From the NCBI GenBank assembly GCA_964019425.1, contig OZ025805.1, positions 744,001-808,000 on the forward strand: 64,000 nucleotides of DNA, read 5' to 3'. How positions within the stretch are numbered: the stretch's first letter is position 1; every line of letters begins with the position of its first letter. The notes beneath the pieces were generated by a model. The model did no database searches. It was given only the letters and a program-made list of their open reading frames with translations, and was not told the origin of the DNA. A program made the translations under genes and the position numbers. This DNA is from Flectonema sp. DT1601 (Eukaryota). Shown piece after piece: positions 22,301 through 33,194 of the stretch.

Positions 22301-23135
22301 ATAGAAATTAGTCGACAAAGTCGAACGATAGAAAAAACAATGATAACATTGTTTATTCTTTTTTATTTATTTTAAATTCTTTTTATTTATTTTTTAAAGA
22401 AAAAAAACGGAAAATAGAAATTAGTCAACAAAGTCGAACAATAAAAAAAAACAATGATAACATTGTTTATTCTTTTTTTTTTTTTTTTTTTTTATATTCT
22501 TTTTTATTAATTTTGAAAAAAAAAAACAATCAGTTTAGCGTCTTGACCAGGACGGAAAATAGAAAGTAATCGACATAGTCGATCGATAAAAAAACAATGA
22601 TAACATTGTTTATTCTTTTTTTTTATTTTAAATTCTTTTTATTTATTATTAAAAGAAAAGAAACGGAAAATAGAAATTAGTCGACAAAGTCGAACGATAA
22701 AAAAAAAACAATGATAACATTGTTTATTCTTTTTTTTTTTTTTTTATATTCTTTTTATTAATTTTTTAAAAAAAAAAAAAAAAACAATCAGTTTAGCGTC
22801 TTGACCAGGACGGAAAATAGAAAGTAATCGACATAGTCGATCGATAAAAAAACAATGATAACATTGTTTATTCTTTTTTTTTATTTTAAATTCTTTTTAT
22901 TTATTATTAAAAGAAAAGAAACGGAAAATAGAAATTAGTCGACAAAGTCGAACGATAAAAAAAAAACAATGATAACATTGTTTATTCTTTTTTTTTTTTT
23001 TTTATATTCTTTTTATTAATTTTTTAAAAAAAAAAAAAAAAACAATCAGTTTAGCGTCTTGACCAGGACGGAAAACTGGAAGTAATCGACATAGTCGATC
23101 GATAAAAAAAACAATGATAACATTGTTTCATCTTT
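19310..23135 (-). repeat. Expanded 3' UTR palindromic array, about 30 units, mostly alternating A/B dimers
   Basis: About 30 occurrences of aacaatgataacattgttt. Units with cagtttagcgtcttgaccaggacgg + gacatagtcgatcgat mostly alternate with units carrying gacaaagtcgaacgat. Confidence 0.92.
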
Positions 23136-24384
23136 TATATTTTTTAATTTTTTTTTTATATTTGAAGAAAAGAAAGAAGAAAAAAAAAAAAAAAAAAAAA
23201 AAAAAAACAAGCGGAATTGATCATAATGGGTGGCAGGGGTTGATATAACTTCATTTGAAAATTCTTCTTTTTTAATTTCTTTTTTTTTGAAATTTTTTTT
23301 TTTTTATTTAACAGGAGTTAAGATCACTTACATGAGTTAACACAACACAGATACGAGAGTAGCAAAATGAGGTAACACTACCAATTCAACAAAAAATAAT
23401 CAGGATCGGACACAAGGAGGAGAGTTCATTCTACCTCTCACTGTCCTTGCTGGTATCTTAAGTGTCTTGGTATCTCTTGTGTGTCGGTATCTCGGAAGTG
23501 CTGGTATCTCGTATGTGCGTTGGTATCTCTTGCGTGTTGGTATCTCTTGCACATAATAAAAAAAAAAATATTGAGTTAACATGATCAGTTTTATTTATCA
23601 TCAGAGACAGACCGGAACTATTTGAAAATAAAATGTAGATGGGAAACAGTGAAAATTAAAATGAATGATAAAATTAAATGAGATTTATGACATAACAGAC
23701 CAGATAGGGAGTAATAAAGGGAAAAGGAAAACGGAAAGGGTTCATTCACTTAGTTAAAGTTAAGACCGATTAGTCAGTTTAAGGTCTTGACTAGGACCAA
23801 CAAAAAAAAAAAAAATATAAATAAATAAATAAATAAATAAATAACGATCAAGCTGAGCTGATCTTGTTTTTATTAAAATAAGGGGAGCGGGAGGGATGGA
23901 AGGAATAAAGGAAAAAAAAAGAAAAGGTCGATCAATTGGATCTGGTCGTCGAGAAGAAGAAGACAATTATTTTAAAGGTCGATCGGCATAGCCGATCGTT
24001 GAGAAAAATAACCAGATATAAATACAATCAGTTTAAATAAAAAAAAAAAAAAATAAATAAATAAAAAAAGTTTAACGATCAAGCTGAGCTGATCTTGTTT
24101 TTATTAAAATAAGGGGAGCGGGAGGGATGGAAGGAATAAAGGAAAAAAAAAGAAAAGGTCGATCAATTGGATCTGATCGTCGAGAAGAAGAAAACAATTA
24201 TTTTTAAAAAAAATGATCGGTATAGCCGATCGTTGAGAAAAGAACAGATATAAATACAATCGGTTTTGGTGATCGACGAGTGGAGCGATCACTTGACAAG
24301 AAGGAAAAAAGAAAGGACCGATTAATTGGGGCTTTGGTTGTATTCCCAAGGCATGTTTTTTTTTTTTTTTTTTTATTATTCATT

Positions 24385-24419
<35 letters not shown>

Positions 24420-24593
24420 TAATCACATTTTGTTCAAAAATATTTCATATTAGAGTAAAAGAAAAAGAAAAAAAGAAATAAGAGAAAAAAAAAAAAACCA
24501 TTGCTGGCCCCCTCACCACTCATAGAGGATGAGGAGGCCAGTAAGGCGTCACTCAAATCTATGCCAAGCCTTGGGAACTTGGATTGGGGTTTA

Positions 24594-24981
24594 GACCATT
24601 TACAATTAACAGTTGACAATTAACCTGATTAACGTTATGATCTGACGGACATAAACATATCGACAAAATAATACAAATAAATAAATACTAATAGAAACTA
24701 GAACTTAGCAATCGTCATCTAAAAAGATTCTTCTGCGATCATGAAAGTTCGTTGAGGTTGGAGTTCGCTTTTTTTTTTTTTTGATAAGCGCTCAAACCAA
24801 TTACAATTAACAATTAATCTGATTGACGTTATGATCGGACAGACATAAACATATCGACAAAATAATACAAATAATTTAATACTAATAGAAACTAGAACTT
24901 AGCAATCGTCATCTAAAAAGATTCTTCTGCGATCATGAGGATTCGTTGAGGGTGGAGTTCGCTTTTTTTGTGATAGGCGCT
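24594..24981 (-). repeat. ~190 bp tandem duplication spanning the ORF stop codon (copy B only)
   Basis: 24594-24793 repeats 24794-24981 (acataaacatatcgacaaaataatac...gaacttagcaatcgtcatctaaaaagattcttctgcgatcatga) with several mismatches. Confidence 0.85.
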
Positions 24982-27900
24982 CCCTCGGACGCTTTGGGGT
25001 CTCATTTTCTTCTTGCGCTTCCTTTTCGGGTGGGTTAAAACCATTTGCCCATGTTTGTAACTGAAATTTGAGAGCTCTGTTTTGGTCTTTTGCCAAATAG
25101 AGTTGCTCAGAGAGCTCACTGGCCATCTCCATCAACAACATGGAATGATCCAGTTGTTCTTTATGGATAGTCTTCTGTTGATAGCTCAACTCGGAGCATC
25201 GACGTTGCTCTTCCACTAGTTTTTCCGAGAGCAGCGCCACTTTCTCATTTGTCTGGAGAGAGTCACTTACCGCTTGACAGTAGTTGTCCAGTAAATCGAG
25301 TCTACCTTCGGACCATTGCCTCGCAATAGGTGAATCTTCCGTCGATGAGGTCGCCGCACTGTCTTTTTCTTGTTCCGTTTGAGCAGAAGACGATACCAGT
25401 AGTCTACTTTGAGACAGTTCAGAAGGGAACGTGATCAATAGAGAATGAGGTTTAAAAAAAAAGGAAAGACGGGGTTTGGGAGTCCAGGAGTAATAGGTTG
25501 TTGCGATGAGAGGGAGTCGATAATTCTTTACCGTGGACGTTGATTCGAATAAAAAAGGGGGTGTTGGGGAAAATTGTTGGGAAAAATGGGACAGTTGAGG
25601 GCCAGCACGCAATGTTGCGACCTCTTGTTGAGACAAATAGAGTTGAATTTTTGTTCCAGTTTCATCCCTACACTTAGATTCTAATTCATTGTTTAATAGA
25701 ATGAACCTTTGTTGTAAGTTGAAATAAAACATTTCAGCGTGGTCCGCTCTTTGTGATTGTCGCGCCAGCTCGCTCGTCCTTTTTTCCTCCAGAGAGTTAG
25801 TTCTTTGAACTAATGAGAGAAGAGAACTTTTCACTAAATCACATTCAGCGATCAGGTGTTGATTCTCTTTTTCCAATAGTTCACGTTTTTTCTGTTCCGT
25901 TTCTACGTTAAAGACAGATGGGGGTGCGGATAGATTTAAAGGGAGTGGGCTGTGAGATACACTCTCGGCGGCCCGTTGTTTGGATGCTTTGTTCTCAATA
26001 GACAATCCATTCAGTAGCTGCTTGTCATTCTCAAGGGAGGCTGACATCGCATTAAAGTAAAATAAAAATAGAACATAAAACATTCGTTCTTTCATTTGTT
26101 CTAGTTCGTTTTCTAAAATCTGGCATTTCAAGGAAAGTTTCAGCCTTAATCTTCCTTCTTTTTTATTGTACAAGGGGGTTTGGGAACCCATGTCAGATTG
26201 ACTTCTTATCACTATAGCGAAATCAGCAGGAAGTGTTTGCGATCCCGTTGACATGAGTTCAGGTGGGGAATTCTGGAGAGAGATGGAAGAAATAGAAGAG
26301 AATGACAAGGAGAGTCCAGTGAGCTCATCCTCATCTAACAAAAAAGAAAAAACCGGGGAGGAAGAAGAACCATTGGCAATGAGTAGAATAGAAAGAGCCG
26401 ATGCGTAACAAGTTTGCCAGATAAAACATTTCTCAAGCCACGATCTTTCAATGGTGAGCTTTTCGATCGTTTTCAGTTTTGTTACTTTGTGGATTTTGAC
26501 TTCTTCCACAGGGAAGATTTCTTTACCATCTTTTATAAAACTTGCGGTGGCAGGTTCTTCTTTAATGCTGCGCATTAGTGGTCTTGAATGCCACGTGGGG
26601 AGGTTCCTCGTCTGGAACAGAACATATGAGCACTGTCTGGCGATTCTGGTGCATTCACAAAATAAAGCTTTTGTTGGTGCTAAAGGTGAACCGATGTGAC
26701 GTGTCCAGATGTTCAGCTGGTCCATGCAGATGTTTCCTCGTACGCCAACTTCAATAGTAAAAATGTTACAGTCGAAGCCATTAGCGATGATCGAGTCTCT
26801 TAGCTTTAGGTATTTCTTTTCCTTTAAGACATGAGAGGTTTCGAAACGATCTTCATTTGGACACGTCAGCTCCAGAATCAGTGCTCTTTTCGCAAAAAAA
26901 GAATAAATAAAAATGTCTGGTCTTAGAGAGGACGAGACATGGCACACTTCAAGAGGAACAATTAGGCGGTTATCACCGACATCGTCGAGGATGACCCAAT
27001 CATTCGCTAGTGAGAGTTCGCCTGTCTCTTTAGAAATTCTTTCTAGGGGTTTATTTTCCCCTGTTTTTAAAAAAGTTTGAGAGGGAGGCGGGAGGTTTTC
27101 TTTTCTTTTGTTGGCTTTTATTATCAACTCTTCCAAGAAGATAACAATGCGTTTTAGAACGCTGTCGTGACGCCACGTGAACCTCCCTTGTGTTAAAGAG
27201 ACAGGACAGCCTGTTAAGACATGCCTGAGGGTAGGATTCACTTTGCCACACAAAACACAATTTTGGTCCACATTGGTGATGTTCCACCTCTTTAAATTAT
27301 CTTGTGAGGGGAGGGTGTTTGTAACCGCTTTCAGTTGAAATGAGATATAGGCAGGATTTCCCTCCCTAAGTACCTTATTCCAGGTGAAATCGTTTATCAT
27401 ACATTTAGACCACTCCTTCCACTGACCTTGGACTTGTAAATTATTCAAAGAGTTCAGTAGTTCATCTGTGGCTTCCACTTCAAAACGCTTAAGGAGATCG
27501 GGGCGAGTAGTACGTAGATCGCGCAATCGGTGACCAAGACCAGCTGATTGCTTCGCAAGAGAACGGTAAGAAAAAAACTTAATAAGGCGCTCCCACTCAG
27601 CAGAAGCTGAAAACTTTTTCGACCAATTGGACGATTTCTCCATAATAACATTGTAGACACCGTGCATGTCAGAGTCCTGTGAGGATCTGAGGATGTCTAG
27701 TTTAATTGATTGCGCTTGTTTATATAGCGTCTCAACTCTTTTGTGTCTGAGACCAACAGTGTTCTTTGAACCGGTAAAAAGGATGACTGTGTTCGCAGAG
27801 CGGACAAATCCCCACCATTTCTTCAAAAAAGGTTTAATAATTTTGTCCAATTTTTTGGCAAAAGGGAGAGATAAGTCATGGATCATTAAACTCCATGTTA

Positions 27901-30163
27901 ACCTTGACAGTAACAAGTGTTGGACAGACCAAGCCTTCTGAGACCCATATAGTGGCATGGCGTCGACTTTTTTTAAAAAATTCCTGGTAAAAGTGGTCAG
28001 GCGCTCTCGCAGTTTCTGTTCTTTGGCGTTCGGCTCAAACCAACGCCCGAGGTATTTGAACTCTCCAGCTTCCTGGAGATTCGTAATCGGAACATTGTTA
28101 ATCTTCAGGTCCGGGTTAGCTGGTTTCCCTTGTACAAAGCTGTGGGCAATGCATTTCTGGGGTTTCGCTTTCATACCACGAGACCAGGAAAGAAACTGTT
28201 CGAGCGACTTGATTAGCAATTTTGCCCCCGCCTTTGATGACGTGGTAAGTTGTAAATCATCAGCAAAAGCTGCAACTAATAGTTGGAGGGATTTATTGTT
28301 AAACTCGTAGGCTTCCTGTTGATGAACTGCTAAGGAAAAGAGCAGTAGTTGGAATACCAAATTAAAAAGGGTTGGGGAGGAAACGCAGCCTTGAAAGACA
28401 CCAACTTCAAAAGGGATAGTGGGCGTCAGGCCTTCTCCAACTCTGATTTGGACGCGCATGGAGGAATAATACCTTTTATAGAAACCGATTATTCTTTCGT
28501 GAATTCCGAAATATTTTAAAGCAAAGAAAATTAATTGATGTTTGACTGAGCCGAAAGCATCTGCCAAATCCACCCAGACAATTGTTAGGTTTTTCCGGAG
28601 AGCTTTCACTTCTTTAAAAATCTCTGAGGTGATCGTGGCATGTTCGATACACCCAGAGACACCTTTCCTAAAGCCTTTTTGAAAATTAAATTTAGAAAGA
28701 GTGTGGTTTGCGACGGCTTCCTGAATAACCGTATTAAAAATTTTCCCGTCGCAGTTGCCCACAGCTATCGGTCTCGTTTTCGAGATGTCTTTCCCATCGG
28801 AGTTGGGCTTTGGGAGCATTGTTACAAATGCTAAGCCCCAACTATCCGGATAGGCCTTGAGTTCGAAAATTCTCTTTAATACCTTGTAAAGTGCTTCCAT
28901 AAAAGTTGGGACCTTTTTCCATACAACATAAGGTATGCAATTGGGACCAGGGGCACATTTGTTTTTTTTCTTTGATAAGAGAATACCAAACTGTTCGAAG
29001 CTCGGGAACTGGATATCATCCATTGTCTTGTAGTCAGACTTAGGTAAAAAAGAGGGATGGGTGAAATCAGTTTTTTTTTTTTCATTGTCACAATAATTGT
29101 TTTTAAAATGTTCAATTATTTTTTCCTCTGGAATATCAAGGGAGGGGGGTTGAGGATCTTCTTTTTGGAGTTCTTCTTTTATGGCAGTAAACGGATTTTG
29201 ACGAAATTTATCTTGTAATTTTTTGAATAAATTTTTCTTTTCTAAATTCCGATACATTCGGAAAATCCTTTTCATTCTCGTTCTTGCCTCTTTCCATTTG
29301 ACAGCGTTCTCTATAGAAGGCCCAGATTTGCGGAGCTCCTGTCTTAGCTGTTTCATTTCCAGACGACATTCAAGTTTTTCTTGGTCGAGGATGACCTCTT
29401 CCCTTGATTTCTGTTTGCGGGGTAAATTCCGCTTTGTTTCTTCAAAGAAACCGCTACATATTTGATAAACCGTTTTGAGTAGTTTATCAAGTTGGTCGGC
29501 AGGTTTTGAAGAGTTTTCTGTTTCGACGGAGAAAGTTTGAAGTTTTTCTGCAGCAGAAACGTCGATGTCCTTCCATTCAGTTCCAAAAGATCGGAATTTG
29601 AGACGAGACGGGTGTAACGGGGTAAAAGTGGGTGTTGTAGAGTTATAAGGAACGAAAGCTGTTTGTGAAGTTTTAAAATCTACAGATTCTCCTACAAAGG
29701 GAGGTTCCAGGTCTGAATTATTCCCTGTGAGGGGAGACAGAGGTGTACCTTTACATGTACCGTTAACACAGTGTTTCGCTCTCGTAGCGATACTTTTGAA
29801 AAGCTTACCACAATCTGGACAAGGTAAGTGGTAACAATCTTTAACTTGGGAGTGGGTAGATGGGGGAAAACGTGACTTATAGTCCTTAAATTCCTTACTA
29901 AACTTACAGTTACGTCTAAAATGCGCAACTGGACCTTTGAGGTATGTCTCAAAACATAAAGGACATTTGGCTACTAAAGTTTTATCCCCATCCAGAGCCG
30001 ATCTCGAAATAGCCTCTTGCAAAGCCTCGGGGGCTGGGTTGGCTGAGAGATGGTTGCCAGTATCTTTATGACACCGCCGGCCCGGTGTTTCTTTTTTTTT
30101 TTGTTGTGAAGTAGCAATAATAAAAAAAAAAAAAAAATAGAAAAGAGAATGGCTCAGAAACAA
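24899..30163 (-). CDS. Full-length polyprotein: 2 N-terminal zinc fingers, RT, CCHC, RLE endonuclease, C-terminal extension
   Basis: CPLC..H....C and CPDC..H.....C fingers (~29753-29965), then the same RT/RLE motifs as copy A. The frame is uninterrupted. The called start is TTG and the true start is unknown. Confidence 0.93.
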   Translation of the reverse strand: MFLSHSLFYFFFFFIIATSQQKKKETPGRRCHKDTGNHLSANPAPEALQEAISRSALDGDKTLVAKCPLCFETYLKGPVAHFRRNCKFSKEFKDYKSRFPPSTHSQVKDCYHLPCPDCGKLFKSIATRAKHCVNGTCKGTPLSPLTGNNSDLEPPFVGESVDFKTSQTAFVPYNSTTPTFTPLHPSRLKFRSFGTEWKDIDVSAAEKLQTFSVETENSSKPADQLDKLLKTVYQICSGFFEETKRNLPRKQKSREEVILDQEKLECRLEMKQLRQELRKSGPSIENAVKWKEARTRMKRIFRMYRNLEKKNLFKKLQDKFRQNPFTAIKEELQKEDPQPPSLDIPEEKIIEHFKNNYCDNEKKKTDFTHPSFLPKSDYKTMDDIQFPSFEQFGILLSKKKNKCAPGPNCIPYVVWKKVPTFMEALYKVLKRIFELKAYPDSWGLAFVTMLPKPNSDGKDISKTRPIAVGNCDGKIFNTVIQEAVANHTLSKFNFQKGFRKGVSGCIEHATITSEIFKEVKALRKNLTIVWVDLADAFGSVKHQLIFFALKYFGIHERIIGFYKRYYSSMRVQIRVGEGLTPTIPFEVGVFQGCVSSPTLFNLVFQLLLFSLAVHQQEAYEFNNKSLQLLVAAFADDLQLTTSSKAGAKLLIKSLEQFLSWSRGMKAKPQKCIAHSFVQGKPANPDLKINNVPITNLQEAGEFKYLGRWFEPNAKEQKLRERLTTFTRNFLKKVDAMPLYGSQKAWSVQHLLLSRLTWSLMIHDLSLPFAKKLDKIIKPFLKKWWGFVRSANTVILFTGSKNTVGLRHKRVETLYKQAQSIKLDILRSSQDSDMHGVYNVIMEKSSNWSKKFSASAEWERLIKFFSYRSLAKQSAGLGHRLRDLRTTRPDLLKRFEVEATDELLNSLNNLQVQGQWKEWSKCMINDFTWNKVLREGNPAYISFQLKAVTNTLPSQDNLKRWNITNVDQNCVLCGKVNPTLRHVLTGCPVSLTQGRFTWRHDSVLKRIVIFLEELIIKANKRKENLPPPSQTFLKTGENKPLERISKETGELSLANDWVILDDVGDNRLIVPLEVCHVSSSLRPDIFIYSFFAKRALILELTCPNEDRFETSHVLKEKKYLKLRDSIIANGFDCNIFTIEVGVRGNICMDQLNIWTRHIGSPLAPTKALFCECTRIARQCSYVLFQTRNLPTWHSRPLMRSIKEEPATASFIKDGKEIFPVEEVKIHKVTKLKTIEKLTIERSWLEKCFIWQTCYASALSILLIANGSSSSPVFSFLLDEDELTGLSLSFSSISSISLQNSPPELMSTGSQTLPADFAIVIRSQSDMGSQTPLYNKKEGRLRLKLSLKCQILENELEQMKERMFYVLFLFYFNAMSASLENDKQLLNGLSIENKASKQRAAESVSHSPLPLNLSAPPSVFNVETEQKKRELLEKENQHLIAECDLVKSSLLSLVQRTNSLEEKRTSELARQSQRADHAEMFYFNLQQRFILLNNELESKCRDETGTKIQLYLSQQEVATLRAGPQLSHFSQQFSPTPPFLFESTSTVKNYRLPLIATTYYSWTPKPRLSFFFKPHSLLITFPSELSQSRLLVSSSAQTEQEKDSAATSSTEDSPIARQWSEGRLDLLDNYCQAVSDSLQTNEKVALLSEKLVEEQRRCSELSYQQKTIHKEQLDHSMLLMEMASELSEQLYLAKDQNRALKFQLQTWANGFNPPEKEAQEENETPKRPRERLSQKKRTPPSTNPHDRRRIFLDDDC

Positions 30164-30387
30164 TATCGATGAGTTAAGATCTTTTTTTTTAAACTATTCC
30201 TTTTTTTTTTAATTTCGGGCAGCTAACCCTAGAGTTTTTTTTTGGTAAATACTGTTTAAAGGAAAACGAGCTACGCTCTAAAACAGAAAAATCGGAGTAA
30301 CTACTTGTTTATAATATATATTTTGATAAATAATGTGGTTGGCAAATGAATGCCGAAGAGGCAACTTGAGAAAAGCAATTGAACAAT

Positions 30388-30466
30388 TTTGCGTGTGGAG
30401 TTGGCAGGTTTTTTGATTTTTTTTTTTTTCATGTTTGATTATTTCCTCTTCATATTTTTTTTTTTC

Positions 30467-30498
<32 letters not shown>

Positions 30499-31767
30499 CT
30501 CTGCCTCTCTCTTAATTCTGTTCGTTTCTTTGAAACGAAAATTCATTTGAATATTATTACTTGGTCAGCAACCATCATTGTCGCCCTTTGGGCCTGTTAA
30601 AAAAAATAAAAAATAAAAAGAAAGTTTACATCGGGAATAGGGCAGGAGCCAAAAGCTCCCAGTCCGTTACTTCCCACTTTATCGAAATTCACCGTGTGTG
30701 GAACTGGCAGGTTTTTAAAAAATTTGCGTGGAGTTGGCAAGTTTTTTGAAAGTTTACGTGTGGAGCTGGCAGGTTTTTAAAAAATTTGCATGGAGTTGGC
30801 AGGTTTTTTGAAACTTTGTGTGTGGGCCGACGAATTTTGCAAACTTTGCGTGTGGAGCTGGCAGGTTTTTAAAAATTTGCGTGGAGTTGTCAGGTTTTTT
30901 GAAACTTTGCGTGTGGGCTGACGAATGTTGCAAACTTTGCGTGTGGAGCTGGCAAAATTTGCGTGGAATTGGCAAGTTTTTCGAAAGTTTGTGTGTGGAA
31001 TTGGCAGGTTTTTAAAAAAATTGCGTGGAGTTGGCAGGTTTTTTAAAACTTTGTGTGGGCTGACGAATTTTGCAAACTTTGCGTGTAGATGGCAGGTTTT
31101 GCAAAATTTGCATGGAGTTGGCAGGTTTTTTGAAACTTTGTGTGTGGAACTGGCAGGTTTTTAAAAAATTTGCGTGGAGTTGGCAAGTTTTTTGAAAGTT
31201 TGCGTGTGGAGCTGGCAGGTTTTTAAAAAAATTGTGTGTGGGCTGACGAATTTTGCAAACTTTGCGTGTGGAGCTGGCACGTTTTTAAAAAATTTGCGTG
31301 GAGTTGAGGTTTTTTGAAACTTTGCGTGTGGGCTGACGAATTTTGCAAACTTTGCGTGTGGAGCTGGCACGTTTTTAAAAAAATTGCGTGGAGTTGGCAG
31401 GTTTTTTGAAACTTTGTGTGTGGAGCTAGCAAGTTTTTAAAAAATTTGCGTGGAATTGACAGGTTTTTTGAAACTTTGCGTGTGGGCTGACGAATTTTGC
31501 AAACTTTGCGTGTGGAGCTGGCAGGTTTTTAAAAATTTTGCGTGGAGTTGGCAGGTTTTTTGAAACTTTGTGTGTGGGCCGACGAATTTTGCAAACTTTG
31601 CGTGTGGAGCTGGCAGGTTTTCGAAAAAATTGCGTGGAGTTGGCAAGTTTTTTAAAACTTTGTGTGTGGGCTGACGAATTTTGCAAACTTTGCGTGTGGA
31701 GTTGGCAGGTTTTTTGATTTTTTTTTTTTTCATGTTTGATTATTTCCTCTTCATATTTTTTTTTTTC

Positions 31768-31799
<32 letters not shown>

Positions 31800-33162
31800 C
31801 TCTGCCTCTCTCTTAATTCTGTTCGTTTCTTTGAAACGAAAATTCATTTGAATATTATTACTTGGTCAGCAACCATCATTGTCGCCCTTTGGGCCTGTTA
31901 AAAAAAATAAAAAATAAAAAGAAAGTTTACATCGGGAATAGGGCAGGAGCCAAAAGCTCCCAGTCCGTTACTTCCCACTTTATCGAAATTCACCGTGTGT
32001 GGAACTGGCAGGTTTTTAAAAAATTTGCGTGGAGTTGGCAAGTTTTTTGAAAGTTTACGTGTGGAGCTGGCAGGTTTTTAAAAAATTTGCATGGAGTTGG
32101 CAGGTTTTTTGAAACTTTGTGTGTGGGCCGACGAATTTTGCAAACTTTGCGTGTGGAGCTGGCAGGTTTTTAAAAATTTGCGTGGAGTTGTCAGGTTTTT
32201 TGAAACTTTGCGTGTGGGCTGACGAATGTTGCAAACTTTGCGTGTGGAGCTGGCAAAATTTGCGTGGAATTGGCAAGTTTTTCGAAAGTTTGTGTGTGGA
32301 ATTGGCAGGTTTTTAAAAAAATTGCGTGGAGTTGGCAGGTTTTTTAAAACTTTGTGTGGGCTGACGAATTTTGCAAACTTTGCGTGTAGATGGCAGGTTT
32401 TGCAAAATTTGCATGGAGTTGGCAGGTTTTTTGAAACTTTGTGTGTGGAACTGGCAGGTTTTTAAAAAATTTGCGTTGAGTTGACAGGTTTTTTGAAACT
32501 TTGTGTGTGGGCTGACGAATGTTGCAAACTTTGTGTGTGGAGCTGGCAGGTTTTTAAAAACTTTGCGTGTGGAGCTGGCAGGTTTTTAAAAAAATTGCGT
32601 GGAGTTGACAGGTTTTTTGAAACTTTGTGTGTGGGCTGACGAATTTTGCAAACTTTGCGTGTGGAGTTGGCAGGTTTTTTGAAACTTTGTGTGTGGAACT
32701 GGCAGGTTTTTAAAAAATTTGCGTGGAGTTGGCAAGTTTTTTGAAAGTTTGCGTGTGGAGCTGGCAGGTTTTTAAAAAAATTGTGTGTGGGCTGACGAAT
32801 TTTGCAAACTTTGCGTGTGGAGCTGGCACGTTTTTAAAAAATTTGCGTGGAGTTGAGGTTTTTTGAAACTTTGCGTGTGGGCTGACGAATTTTGCAAACT
32901 TTGCGTGTGGAGCTGGCAGGTTTTTAAAAATTTTGCGTGGAGTTGGCAGGTTTTTTGAAACTTTGTGTGTGGGCCGACGAATTTTGCAAACTTTGCGTGT
33001 GGAGCTGGCAGGTTTTCGAAAAAATTGCGTGGAGTTGGCAAGTTTTTTAAAACTTTGTGTGTGGGCTGACGAATTTTGCAAACTTTGCGTGTGGAGTTGG
33101 CAGGTTTTTTGATTTTTTTTTTTTTCATGTTTGATTATTTCCTCTTCATATTTTTTTTTTTC

Positions 33163-33194
<32 letters not shown>

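Larger units (their letters stand above)
18851..30387 (-). mobile_element. Apparently full-length HERO-like RLE non-LTR retrotransposon, copy B (~11.5 kb)
   Basis: 3' end gaatttcgataa (reverse complement of ttatcgaaattc) at 18851, ~6 kb 3' UTR, 1754-codon frame and ~220 bp 5' leader. Satellite resumes at 30388. Confidence 0.95.

Noticed and set aside
15690..23135. CRISPR array interpretation of the palindromic UTR repeats, the GAGATACC array and the 63 bp repeat
   Set aside because: Eukaryotic context, no cas genes, and the 'spacers' are homopolymers or homologous to one another.
9333..30163. Group II intron, retron, DGR or telomerase RT
   Set aside because: The CCHC plus PD-(D/E)xK RLE domain, N-terminal zinc fingers and 5' truncation identify a non-LTR retrotransposon.
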